Assembly: GCF_009914755.1 (NCBI RefSeq)
Contig: NC_060926.1
Strand: one strand, 5' to 3'
DNA length: 64,000 bases
Origin: the human T2T-CHM13v2.0 reference genome, Homo sapiens
Part shown: positions 1 through 15,498 of the stretch, piece by piece
Layout: each line of letters begins with the position of its first letter
Position numbering within the stretch: position 1 is the first letter of the stretch
Notes under the pieces: model-generated
What the model saw: only the letters and a program-made list of their open reading frames with translations
What the model was told of the DNA's origin: nothing
Database searches by the model: none
Position numbers and translations under genes: made by a program

Positions 1-574
1 CTTGTGCATTTGCTGAGGAGTGTTTTACTTCCAATTATGTGGTCAGTTTTAGAATAAGTGTGATGTGCTGAGAAGAATGTGTATTCTGTTAATTTGGGGT
101 GGAGAGTTCAGTAGATGTTATTAGGTCCGTTTGGTCCAGAGCTGAGTTCAAGTACTGAATATCCTTGTTAATTTTTTGTCTCGTTGATCTAATATTGACA
201 GTGGGGTGTTAAAGTCTCCCACTATTATTATGTGGGAGTCTAAGTCACTTTGTAAGTCTCTAAGAACTTCCTTTATGAATCTGGGTGCTCCTGTATTGGG
301 TGCATATATATTTAGGATAGTTAGCTCTTCTTGTTGCATTGATTCCTTTACCATTATGTAATACCCATCTTTGTCTCTTTTGATCTTTGTTGGTTTAAAG
401 TCTGTTTTATCAGAGACTAGGATTGCAACTCCTGCTTTTTTTTGCTTTCCATTTGCTTGGTAAATATTTCTCCATCCCTTTATTTTGAGCCTGTGTCTTT
501 GTACTTGAGATGGGTCTCCTGAATACAGCACACTGATGGGTCTTGACTCTTTATCCAATTTGCCAGTCTGTGTC

Positions 575-874
<300 letters not shown>

Positions 875-3386
875 AGTCTGTGTCTTTTAATTGGGGCATT
901 TAGCCCATTTACACTTAAGGTTAATATTGTTGTGTGTGAATTTGATCCTGTCATTATGATGCTAGCTGGTTATTTTGCCCATTAGTTGATGCAGTTTCTT
1001 CATAGTGTTGATGGTCTTTACAATTTGGCATGTTTCTGCAGTGGCTGGTACTGGTTGTTCCTTTCCATGTTTAGTGCTTCCTTCAGGAGCTCTTGTAAGG
1101 CAGGCCTGGTGGTGACAAAATCTCTCAGCATTTGCTTGTCTGCAAAAGGATTTTATTTCTCCTTCTCTTATGAAGCTTAGTTTGGCTGGATATGAAATTC
1201 TGGGTTGGAAATTCTTTTCTTTAAGAATGTTGAATATTGGCCCCCTCTCTCTTCTGGCTTGCAGGGTTTCTGCAGAGAGATCCACTGTTAGTCTGATGGG
1301 CTTCCCTTCGTGGGTAACCCGAACTTTCTCTCTGGCTGCCCTTAACATTTTTTCCTTCATTTCAACCTTGGTGAATCTGACAATTATGTGTCTTGGGGTT
1401 GCTCTTCTCGAGGAGTATCTTTGTGGTGTTTTCTGTTATTTCCTGAATTAGAATGTTGGCCTGTCTTGCCAGGTTGGGAAGTTCTCCTGGATAATATCCT
1501 GAAGAGTGTTTTCCAACTTGGTTCTGTTCTCCTCATCACTTTCAGGTACATCAATCAAACGTAGATTTTGTCTTTTCACATAGTCCCATATTTCTTGGAG
1601 GCTTTGTTCGTTCCTTTTCATTCCTTTTTCACTAATCTTGTCTGCTCGCTTTATTTCATTAAGTAAGTTGATCTTCAGTCGCTGACATCCTTTATTCCAC
1701 TTGATCGATTCAGCTGTTGATACTTGTGTATGCTTCACAAAGTTCTTGTGCTGTGTTTTTCAGCTCCATCAGGTCATTTATGTTCTTCTTTATACTGGTT
1801 ATTCCAGTTAGCAATTCGTCTAACCTTTTTTCAAGGTTCTTAGCTTCCTTGCATTAGGTTAGAACATGCTTCTTCAGCTTGGAGGAGTTTGTTATTACCC
1901 ACCTTCTGAAGCCTACTTCTGTCAATTTGTCAAACTCATTCTGCATCCAGTTTTGTTCCCTTGCTGGCGAGGAGTTGTGATCCTTTGGAGGAGAAGAGAC
2001 ATTCTGTTTTTTGGAATTTTCACTTGTTTTGCGCTGGTTTCTCCCCATCTTTGTGGATTTATCTACCTTTGGTCTTTGATGTCGGTGACCTCCGGATGGG
2101 ATCTCTGAGTGGACGTCCTTTTTGTTGATGTTGATGCTAGTTCTTTCTGTTTGCTAGTTTTCCTTCTAACAGACCTCTCTGCTGCAGGTCTGCTAGAGTT
2201 TCCTAGAGGTCCACTCCAGACCCTGTTTGCCTGGGTATTACCCAGGCTGCAGGACAGCAAAGATTCCTGCCTGTTCCTTCTTCTGGAAGCTTCGTCCCAG
2301 AGGGGCACTCACCAGATGCCAGCCAGAGCTCTCCCATATGAGGTGTCTGTCAGCTCCTACTGGGAGGTGTCTCCCAATCAGGAGACACTGGGGTCAGGAA
2401 CTCACTTGAGGAGGCAGTTTGACCCTTAGCAGAGCTCGAATGCTGTGCTGTGAGATCCACTGCTCTTTTCAGAGCCATCAGGCAGGGACGTTTAAGTCTG
2501 CTGAAGCTGCGCTCACAGCTGCCCCTTCACCTGGGGGAAGGTGACATCTGTCCCAGGGAGATGGTGGTTTTATCTCTAAGCCCCTGACTGGGGATGCTTT
2601 TTTTTTTTTTTTTTTTTTTTTTTTTTCAGAGATGCCCTGCCCAGAGAGGAGGAATATAGAGAGGCAGTCTGGCCACAGCGGCCTTGCTGAGCTGCAGTAT
2701 GCTCTGCCCAGTTCGATCTTCCAGGTGGCTTTGTTTACACTTTGAGGGTAAAACTGCCTACTCAAGCCTCAGGAATGGCAGACACCTCTTCCCCCACCAA
2801 GCTCGAGCATCCCAGGCTGAGTTCAGACTGCTGTGCTGGCAGCAAGAATTTCAAGCTGGTGAATCTTAGGTTGCTGGGCACTGTGGGGATGGGATCCACC
2901 GAGCCAGACCACTTGGCTCCCTGGCTTCAGCCCCCTTTCCAGGGGAGTGAATGGTTCTGTCTTACTGGCATTCCAGGAACCACTGGGGTATGAAAAAAAA
3001 CTCTTGCAGCTAGCTTGGTGTCTGCCCAAACAGCCGCCCAGTTTTGTGCTTGAAACCCAGGGCCCTGGTGGTGTAGGCACCGGAAGGAATCTCCTGGTCT
3101 GCAGGTTGTGAAGACCGTGGGAAAAGTGCAGTACCTGGGCCGGAGTGCACTGTTCCTCACAGTACAGTCCCTAATGGCTTTCCTTGGCTAGGAGAGGGAG
3201 TTCCCTGACCCCTTGTGCTTCCTGGGTAAGCAACGCCCCACCCTGCTTCGGCTCGCCCTTGTGGGCTGCACCCACTGTCCAACCAGTCCCAGTGAGATGA
3301 ACCAGGTACCTCAGTTGGAAATGCAGAAATCACCCACCTTCTGCATCCATCTCTCTGGGAGCTGTAGACCGCAGCTGTTTCTATTC

Positions 3387-3396
3387 GGCCATCTTG
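3387..3396 (-). promoter_or_regulatory. YY1 site at the L1 5' end (internal promoter)
   Basis: CAAGATGGCC on the minus strand at the extreme 5' end of the L1. Confidence 0.7.
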
Positions 3397-5007
3397 CCAG
3401 CAATTGATTCTAGAACTTTTTACTCCTCTTCTCGTTAGCTCAAACTACTGGAAGAAACTGGTTAGATATGGAATATGTTTCCACTGGCTGAAAAAAATGG
3501 TAGTAGCTATAAGTGGCTTACCTAAAACTCAGCAGGACTACTTTATGACATCACCGTTTGCAGGTATGCTGCCTGGACCCACTTAGGAATCACTCTTTCT
3601 CCTTCCTAGGACCTCCCCTAAAATTTGCAGGCCCTGAAGCAATAGATAGGTCAAGATATTTCGGTGTTATAAATCAAGCTTAAAAGCTACTAAATTTTAT
3701 GCACAACATGCAAGTCCACCTTGAATTTTCACACTTCTCAGAATTCCATGCCCAAAGATGGCAGCCAGGGGAGAACCAGCCTGCAGCACATTGCCTTCCT
3801 TCTCTTCCACCCGCTCCTTCAGTATTCTGAAGGGCTTCACAGGAACACTTGTGTATTCTTCAGCCTACATGCCTAAGTAAGTAAGTTTTTCCACAGCCTT
3901 GCAAATAGCTGCCCCTTGGACACCTTTTCAACCAGGGTAGGTTTGGGCAAAAGATAGATAGGCCTTGTGAAAGCCCTGGAAGCTGAGCAGTTTAGGCAGG
4001 AAAATCAGGGTTTCAGGTACCTTGAACGTGGTCGAGAAGAGAATGAAGTGAGTTCCAGGTAGGCATAACCCACTGGCCCAGCAGACTTTTTGCCCCCTGG
4101 GAAAGAACACAACTACAGGAGGGCCTCTAAAATGAGGCACCCGAGGGCAGTGCTGGGCCTGTCTTTTCTCCTAAAGTCAACTGGGTCACTTTTTAAAAGA
4201 TAATTCTGTTGTCCCTAATATGTTATTTTTTCAATGCAAATATAATTATCACTGAATACTATTTCATGACTCCTAGAGTATTCACTGCTAGGAACTGGTG
4301 TTTAGTATTAACAGATTCATCACAAAATGTTGTGTGTTAGGAAGAAGGGAAAAGGGCTGATATTTTAATAAAACCTTGTAAATATGTTCTGTGAGTTACT
4401 AGTTGCACAGCACATTTTGTAACTATAGGATCATCCCAGGAGTCTCAACAAGAGAAAGACAAAGAGTTTTTGTTCTGTTTGCTTTAAGTGCTGTTTGTTA
4501 GTGAGATTGGATCAAGATGGCAAACAGAAGTATCTGCTCTCCCTCTCAACTCTAAATTCCATAAAGTGCTGTAATTAATAAAACAGAAGAAAAATAAGAA
4601 ATCTGCTATAGCACTGAAAGATGAGAGGGCTAGCAATGGAATAGAAATTTGGAAGAATGCCAGAAACATCAAAAGCAGGTAGGATCAGTTATAGGCAAAC
4701 AAAATGATAGGGAATCATAATTCAAAACAGGCAAGACTACTATAAAAGGAGGCATGGGTTGGAACCCAGAGTCAACAGATGCAAAAAGCAGGAGGGTTCC
4801 CTGGGGTACTGGACAGGGTGACTCATTAGGGAGCTGATTGATTCAGAATAGCTACGCAAGTTCCCTTCCCCAACCACAAGCTGAGTGGTGGACAAAAGCA
4901 GTGTCTCTGGCCAGCCTATAACAACTGAGTGATGCCACCGAAGCTGGGAAAGCAGGGCAGTGCCCCCAGACACTTGCTGACCCGCAAGAGGAGAACAGAA
5001 GCCCATA

Positions 5008-5737
5008 CCCTAGTTCCCCCTTATCCATGGTTTTGCTTTCCACAGTTTGTTACCCATGGTCAACACAGTCTTAATATATTACATGGAAAGTTCCAGAAAT
5101 AATTCATGAGTTTTACATTGCAGGTAGATTCTGAGTACTGGGATGAAATCTTGTACCATCTGCTCTGTCCTTCCCAGGATGTGAATCATCCCTTTGTCCA
5201 GTGTATCCACACTGTCTACGCTGCCTGCCTGTTAGTCAATCAGTAGCTGTCCTCGTTAATCAGATCAACTGTCACAGTATCTCAGTGTTTGCATTCAAGC
5301 AACTCCTATTTAACTTAATAATGACCTCAAAATGCCAGTAGTGATTCTGGCAATTCCGATGTGCCAAAAAACTGTAAATTGCTTCCTTTAAGTGAAAATG
5401 TAAAAGTTCTTGACAATAATTATTTTAATTGTATGCTGAGGTTGCTAAGATCTAAAATATGGCTTAGATCTAAGGTATGAACAAATCTTCCATCCGTGAA
5501 ATTGTGAAGAAGGAAAGATAAATTCGTGTTAGTTTTGCTGTGCACCTTAAACTTCGGAAGTTACCCCAGAGTGCAGGTAGGCACTTAGTTAAGGTGTAAA
5601 GAGCATTAAACTTGTGGATGGCAGACGTGAATGGAAACGTGTTCCAACTGACAGCCACTGGGTTTGGTACTATTCATGGTTTCAGGTATCCACTGGGGGT
5701 CTTGGAATATACTCCCTGCAGATAAGGAGGACTACTG
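5008..5737 (+). mobile_element. MER44/Tigger7-family DNA transposon remnant
   Basis: Terminal inverted repeats tagttcccccttatcc ... gataaggaggactactg with TA flanks. The internal sequence resembles the recalled MER44 consensus. Confidence 0.8.
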
Positions 5738-6655
5738 TACCCAGAGCCAAAATACTGGCATATCCTCAACATAGCACAGCCCACTACTCTCATCACAGGC
5801 TATGATAACAGATACGGCATCCATAAAAAGAGGCTCTCAAATACAAAAATGAGCAACTAAATAACTTAAAATTATAACTGTGAATCACTAAAATATTTGA
5901 AGAAAGTCAGTAACACGAAAGGCCCTGAACAAACCGTTTTAAAAAGTCAAAATAACAGCATATTAAAGAAGACATCAAATAAGTGTATTTAACATCCCAA
6001 GAGTATAGAGTATGGTATCATAGCCATAAAATAAGTATAGGTTATTATAAAAGAACCAATCCAATCTTAGATATTGCAATTATGGTTGTTAAAGTTGTTT
6101 TAAAAGCTAAATAGAGGGATACAGCTGAAGAGTAAAGCTGTCAGAATAATCACAAGGTGTCTCTCATTCAACCAAAAAGTACTAACAGAGAAAGTATCAA
6201 GGAAAGCTCAATGATACAGGGATATGTCCCAAAATTCCAGTATCTAAATAGGAGATAAAAGATGGGACATAGGGAGAAAAATATAGACTAGAATAGCTTT
6301 CTTTGGTTTGAAAAGGCACAAGTTTAGGACTATAAAACGATCTTTCCCTTTTAAATAAGAATCATTGACCAAAAGTGTCAGAATATCTCAACAGGAGTGA
6401 TTGTAGGTGTATTTTTACCATAGTGCACTAAAATGTACATTTTTAAATGCAAGGCTTGCCGAAAAGAAAGTTTTCAAATCCCCTTCTAAATAACTCAGGG
6501 CAAAAGGAAATTTAAAAATTAAATAATTTAGTAATTAATACAGAATTAGGGCTCCGTGGAGAAATGACTAATATCTGGTCTTGGCAAGAAATAAAAGGAA
6601 GAGTTTGGAGCATCTTGTCATACTGGAAAGCTAGGAAGCTATCAAAGATTCCTGA

Positions 6656-6988
6656 GGGCCAAACACAGTGGCTCATGTCTAATCCCTGTGCTTTGGGAGG
6701 CCAAGGCAGGAGGACTGCTTGAGCTCAGGAGTTTGAAACCAACCTGAGCAATATATTAGGTTGGTGCAAAAGTAACTGTGGAAACTGCAACCTAAAAGCA
6801 AGACCCCTGTCTATACAAAAAATCAAAAAAACAAAAACAAAAAACACAAAAAACCAGCAGGTGCAGTAGCATGTATCCGTAGTCCTAGCTACTCATGAGG
6901 CCGCGGTAGGAGGATCACTTGAGCCAAGGAGTTTGAAACCAGCCTAAGCAACATACCAAGACCCCATCTCTTAAAAAAAAAAAAAAAA
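6656..6988 (+). mobile_element. Old AluJ/FLAM-like element (rearranged right arm) containing a MADE1
   Basis: Alu left-arm sequence, A-rich linker and a shortened second arm; TSD tcctgagg on both sides. Confidence 0.75.
6756..6795. mobile_element. MADE1 (Hsmar1 MITE), internally deleted
   Basis: ttaggttggtgcaaaagtaactgtgg...tgcaacctaa matches the Hsmar1 TIR; inserted at a TA in the Alu. Confidence 0.75.
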
Positions 6989-7080
6989 ATCCTGAGGTAA
7001 TATCGGTAGGACTTAGAAGTTAATTGCAAGAGGCTCCCACTGGCCGAAGATGAGACAACTTGAGTATTAAAAAAAAAAAA

Positions 7081-7414
<334 letters not shown>

Positions 7415-7590
7415 TCAAATATGTTTCATTCTTTGACACTTCTCAAAGAAATTCTCATTGTTCATCTCTGGAAGATGCTGGGGAAATATTTTGAAAACAA
7501 AAAAATCAAGCATTTATCCTGTTTTTCCCCTCTGTGTAACCAAATAATTGTTACGTTTCTCTTTATAAAAGTATCTCAGCTAATATGTAA

Positions 7591-8100
<510 letters not shown>

Positions 8101-8335
8101 TCCACAAAGTATTCTTACCAAAAAAAAAAAAAAAAAAAAAAATTGATCATAAATGCTGTCAAGCCTCTAGAACATAACTACCAATTTATAGAAAATTCAG
8201 GGAAATAGAAACAGCTAAACACCACCACAAGGATGCAATCACCAAAATTGAGAATGTAGGAAACTACAGGACAAACAGGCTGAAGTCTTATGTGCAAGTA
8301 AAAAAGAGGAGGAGAGGGAAACCAAAGACTAAAAA

Positions 8336-8639
8336 GAGATTTAGGAGTGAAATCAATCATATTCCATGTATGGACTTCACTTGGATACTGATTCAAACTG
8401 TGTGAGTGTGTGTGTGAGAGAGAGAGAAGGAAAGAGAGACTGACAGACACAGTTGGGGAAATGGTAGTGTTAGATTTAAGAGAGAGATCAACTATATTCC
8501 ATGTATGGACTTTACTTGGATACTGATTCAAACTGTGCATGTATATGTGTATGTCTGTGTGTGTGTGTGTGTGTGTGCATGCATGCGCGAGAGAGAGAGA
8601 AGGAAAGAGACTGACAGAGTTGGGGAAATGGTGGTGTTA
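8336..8639. repeat. Diverged two-copy tandem duplication containing TG/AG microsatellites
   Basis: attccatgtatggactt.acttggatactgattcaaactgtg...gagagaaggaaagaga...gttggggaaatggt.gtgtta occurs starting at 8361 and again at 8496. Confidence 0.85.
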
Positions 8640-9052
8640 TGTATTTTTTTCAAAAGTCCTTAACACTTAGAGGTATATAAGGAAATATTTCTGGGTGATC
8701 TGATATCTGGGGTTTGTTTCAGAATAATTCAGTAAGGGTGGAAGAGACATGGATGAAGTATAATTGAAACAGGATTAGCTATGAGTTGATCATTTTTGAA
8801 GCTGCGTGATGAGTAAAAATTGTAAATATTACAGTATTCTGTTTACTTTGTATACATTTGAATTTTTCCAAAAGTTAAGTCAATACAGCATATACCTTTG
8901 TTAATAAATTTGAAAACCTTGACAATATAGAAGAAAAACTAAGGAAAATATAAATTGGTGAAGTTGATCTAAGAAGTAAAAACTTAAATAGACCAGTAAA
9001 CCAAAAAGAAGTTGAAAAGGTTACCAAAGATTACTCCCTTGAAATACGTAAG

Positions 9053-9343
9053 CTTTTTTTTTTGAGACAGGGTCTCATTCTGTCACCCAGGCTGGAATAC
9101 AGTGTCACGATTTCAACTCACTGCAACCTCTATCTCTAGGGCTCAACTGATTCTCCCATCTCAGCCTCAGTAGCTGGGACCACAGGTACATGCCACCTCT
9201 CCTGGCTAATGCTTGTGCTTTTTTGTAGAGACAGGATTTCGCCATGTTGCCCAGGCTGGTCTCGAACTGGTGGGCTCAAGTGATCTGCCTGCCTTGGCCT
9301 CCCAAAGTGCTGAGAATACAGGCACGAGCGACCACGCCTGGCT
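9053..9343 (-). mobile_element. AluJ
   Basis: Diverged dimeric Alu; TSD taagcttt. Confidence 0.85.
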
Positions 9344-9748
9344 GAAAGACATAAGCTTTAAAGGCACAATTTCTAGAGCTTTAGTAACAGCTATTCTAGA
9401 AACTAGAAAACGATGGAAAATGCAGTGGACACCAAACCAGACATGGACAGTACAAAGTCAAAACAAAAGAATAAGCCAATCTCAGGAATGAACAAAAATG
9501 CAAAAATTGAACACGTGTGGATTAAGATATCACAGCCAAGTAGGCTTAATCCTAGAAATTTTTAAATGTTTCACTATGAGAAAATGTACTAATATTGCTA
9601 ATCATATGTAAAAATTAGAAAAATCTCAGTGGAGGCAAAAAAGTATATGATAAAATTTAATACCTATTCTTGATTTTAAAAGAAAAAAGAAACACCAGAA
9701 TAAATTAGGAATAGTGAAAACTCTTAAGTCAATAAAGTGTATCTATCA

Positions 9749-10089
<341 letters not shown>

Positions 10090-10766
10090 GTATCTATCAG
10101 AAACCTACAGCGAGCATCACACTTAAGGGTGAGATGTTAGAATCATTCTCACTAATGCTAGAGAAATGCGAGGATGCTTGCTATCACACTCCTCCTGTTT
10201 AACATGGTGGTAGATGTCCAAGCATCTGCATTAAGATAAGAAAATAAAATGTAAATATTGAAAAGACACAAAACCACCTTTGCAGATAAAATTTTTAACC
10301 ATGAGAGGACAAGATAATCAGCCAACTGAAAAATATTGCAAGAGTTCATTAAGATGACTGAGTATAAGATTAGCATATCCAAATTGCCTGTTACATTAGT
10401 TAGAAAATGTAATGGGCAATAACTCTGTTCATAATAGGAATGAAAATATTTAAACCTAAGCATACTACCAATAAAAGGAGTTTGTAAAACCTAATACTTA
10501 AGAATATAAAATTTTGCTGAAGGATATTAAAAAATCTGAAAAATGGACAGACCTGAGATGGAAAGATCCCATATTACCAAATATCAGTATACATCCTAAA
10601 GCAAATTATAAATTTCCAAGGAAAATTCCAACAGAATTTTTAACTAGAACTTGAAAAAATGTTGATTGTATAACTCACGGAAGAGAAATGATAGAAAAAT
10701 AAGCAATATAATTTTGAAAATGAACACAGAAGGCGAACTTGCTCTCCCAAATGCTACTTCATACTG

Positions 10767-11055
10767 CAACTGGCCTTCCCTCCATATTTGCAGGTTCTAT
10801 ATCCACGGATTCAACTAACCAACTTGAAAATATTGGGAAAAAACTATTAAAAATAACAATACCCAATAAAAATAATGCAAATAAAAACCCAATATAGCTA
10901 TTTATGTGCATTTACATTGTATTAGGTACAAGTAATCTAGAGATGATTTAAAGTACATGGGAGTATGAGCGTAGGTTATATGGAAATACTAAAACATTTT
11001 ATTTGGGGAATTGAGCATCCTTGAATTTTGGTATCTGTGAGGGATCCTGGAAATC
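10767..11055 (+). mobile_element. MER2 (TcMar-Tigger) remnant
   Basis: tccacggattcaactaacc...gtaatctagagatgatttaaagtac...ttgagcatcc..gaattttggtatc matches the recalled MER2 consensus. Confidence 0.75.
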
Positions 11056-11660
11056 AGGAGTAGATATACTGATTTCAAATAGAGAATACTCCAGAGCAAG
11101 GAAAGTTATCAGGGATAAAAAGGGGCATTATATAATGATAAAGGGGTCAATACTCCAGGAAGACAGAACAATTCTTACGTATGCTCCCAACAAGACAGCA
11201 TCAAAATATGTGAGGCAAAAACTGATTGAACTACAAGGAGTTCACTAGTATGGTTAGAGGCTTCAACACCCCTCTATCAGAAAAGGACAGATCCAGCAGG
11301 CAGAAGATCAATCAGTAAGGACATAGTTGAACTCAGTAACACCATCAATCAACTGGATGTAATGGATGTCTATTTACTACTACTTAAAACAACAGCAGAA
11401 TGCACATTCTTATCAAGCTTACATGAAACATTCACAAAGACCACATTCTGGGCCATAAAAACACACTTTAAAACATTTAAAAGAATAAACATGTAATATC
11501 TATTCTCAGGCCTCAAAGGAATTAAACTAGAAATCAATAATAAAGATAGCTCGAAACCTTAAAATACTTGGAGATTGAACAACACACTTCTAAATAACAC
11601 ATGAGTCAAAGAAGAAATCTCAACAGAAAATTTAAAATATTTTGAAATATATGAAAATGA

Positions 11661-11993
<333 letters not shown>

Positions 11994-12380
11994 TTATGGG
12001 ATGCAGTGAAAGCAGTGCTTGCAGAGAAATTTATTACATTGAATGTATATATAAGAAAAGAAGAAAAATCTAAAATCAGTAATCTAAGCTCTCACCTTAT
12101 AAATAAATCCAACATAAGCAGCAGAAAAAAGAAATGGAACAGAAATCAGTGACATTGAAAACAGAAAATCAATAGAGAAAACCAACAAAACCAAAAGCTA
12201 GTTCTTTGAAAAGATCAATAAAATTGATAAGCCTCTAGCCAGGGCCAAGAAAAAAAGAAGATACAAATTACTGATACCAGAAATGAAAAAGGGCCATCAC
12301 TATAGATCCCACGGGCATGAAAATGGTAACAAAGAAATACTATGAACAGCTCTATGCCCACAAAATGTGAAACACAAAAC

Positions 12381-12823
<443 letters not shown>

Positions 12824-15498
12824 TTAAAACTTCTGCCTCTGGGAAAACAATGTGAAGTTAATGAAAAGATAAGCCATAGACTGGGAGAAAATATTTGCAA
12901 AAGACATCTGATAAAAGGCTGTTATCCAAAAAAATACAAGGAACTTTAAAAACTCAACAATAAAAAAAAAAAAAACAGACAACCTAATGTAAAAATGAGC
13001 AAAAGACCTGAATGGGACACTTCACCAAAGAACACATACAGATGGCAAGTAAGCATATAAAAAGATACTCCTCCACATCATAGGTCATTAGGAAGCTGCA
13101 GATTAAAACAACAATGAGATACTACTACACACCAATTAGAATGGCCAAAATCCAAAATACTGACAACAACAAATGCTGACAAGTATATGGAGCAACAAGA
13201 ACTCTTAATTCATTGCTGATGGGAATGCAAAATGGTACAGCCACTTTGGAAGACAGTTTGGCAGTTTCTTACAAAACTAAACATACTCTATCCATACAGT
13301 CCAGCAATTGCAATTCTTGGTATTTACCCAAATGAGCTGAAAACATGTCTACACAAATACCTGCATAGAGAAGTCCATAGCACCTTTATTCATAATTGCC
13401 AAAACTTGGAAGCAACCAAGATGTCCTTTAGTAGATGAGTGTCTAAATAAATTGTGGTACATCCAGGCTTTGGAATATTATTCACCATGAAAAAGAAATG
13501 AGCTATGAAGCCACAAAAAGGCATACAAAAAACTTAAATTGATATTCCTGCTGAGGCAGGAGGATCACTTCAGCCTAGGAGTTCAAGATCAGCCGAAGCA
13601 ATATAGTGAGATCTCATCTCTACCAAAACAAAACAAAACAAAAAAACAAGTGAAAGAAGCCAATCTGAAAAGGATACATACTGCGTAACTGAAAGTATAT
13701 GACACTCTGGAAAAGGCAAAACTATGGGGATAGTAAAAAGATTAGTGGTTGTCAGGAATTGGGGGAAGGGAGGGATGTCAGGAATTGGGGGAAGGGAGCG
13801 ATGAATAGGCAGAGCAGAGTATTTTTAGGGCAATTAAATTATTTTTTACAATGATAAACACACGTCTTTATATCTTCGTCAAAACCTATCAATTAGAACC
13901 AAGTGATCACAGCAGAAAAAAAAAAAAAAAGAAAAAGAAAAAACCCTATAGAATGTACACCGCCAAAAGTGAACCCTAATGTAAACTATGGACTTTGGGT
14001 GACAATGATGAGTCAATGTAGGTTCATCAAACATACACCACTGTGGTGTGGGATATTGATTCGGGGAAGGGTGTCCAAGTGTGGGGAAAGGAAAGTGGTA
14101 TATAAGAACTCTGTTTTCCACTCAATTTTGCTATGAACCTAAAACTGCTCTAAAAGATAAAGTTTATTAATTTTTTAAAAAAAGATTTGCCGCCTCATCC
14201 TGTGTTCAATTTTTTTTAAAAAAAATTATATGCGCAGAAAAGGGTTGGTAGAAATATTGCAGAGTTGATATCCAGATAACAAAGAATGTCTATAAGTCAA
14301 TAAAGAAAAAAATTGTAAACCCTATTTAAAATTTAAAAGTAGGCAGTTCACAGAAAGCACACAAATAGGGAACTTCATTCCTAGGAAGATGGCAGGCTAT
14401 GTTATTTGTATCAGCACTAAAAACTAAAAATGCTAGATTGTTTAAAATTTTCAAAGCACTGAAAAGCTGAGAATATAAGTCAGCAATCTAAGGAAAAGCC
14501 AGAACCTAGAGCAGTAAGGTGAGCATTTAAGCAGCTTTTGCACTGTAGGATAATACCAAGTCTTCAAGTGTACTAACATCCTTATATAAAAAAGAGCAGA
14601 GTGAATCAATCCAACTTCAATTTTAGAAAATTAAGTATGCATATTATAGATTTACTAAAACAATAAACAAAGTACATAAACTCCAAACAGTGGGAAAAGA
14701 ATAGAAAAATAAAAATAATTGCTCTAAAACACCCAAGAATATATTAAAAATAAGTAGAGATGGGTCAAAGGAATCACAAAATGAAATGTTATACTTAAAT
14801 ACAAATAAGGTATATCTGTAATTACATTAAATGAACTAAAATGCTTCCACTGAAAGAGTGAAGTCAGACTACACTTTTTTAAAAATGCAAATATATGCTG
14901 CTTATAAGTGACATACCTCAAATTAGAGAAAATGTGAAAATAAAAGGACAGAGAAAATTTTCCTTGTAAATATTAAAAAAGAAAAATATAGTTACAGTAA
15001 TATCAAAAAATAAATTTTCAGACAAAAAGCATTACTAGAGATTAAAAAAAGAGACAATGACAAAAGAATCAATTCATCTGGAAGCTCTTAATTTGTCTTG
15101 ATGTACCTAATGACATAACCTTAAAATGTAAAAAGCAAACATTGACAGAACTACAAGGAGAAATAGAAAATACAAAATTATAATAGGAAAGTTTAACATG
15201 CTTTTTGTTTTTTTACCAATTGACAGAACAAGCAAACAAAAAGTAGGATATAGACATTTTAAATAAATTGCTGTACTTGACCAAATAATGCCATGTGTGA
15301 AAGTAGTGAGTACACACATGCCCTCACACAGAGTACCTATCAATAGCAGAATACATATTCTTGTAAGTGTTCATGCAATATTTATTTTAAAATGACGATC
15401 TATGGAGCCAAGAGGATTTCAAAAGGATTGTAATCATAGATAGTGTGTCCTTAGACCACAATGCAATTATGTTAGGAATCAATAATAAAAACTAATAT

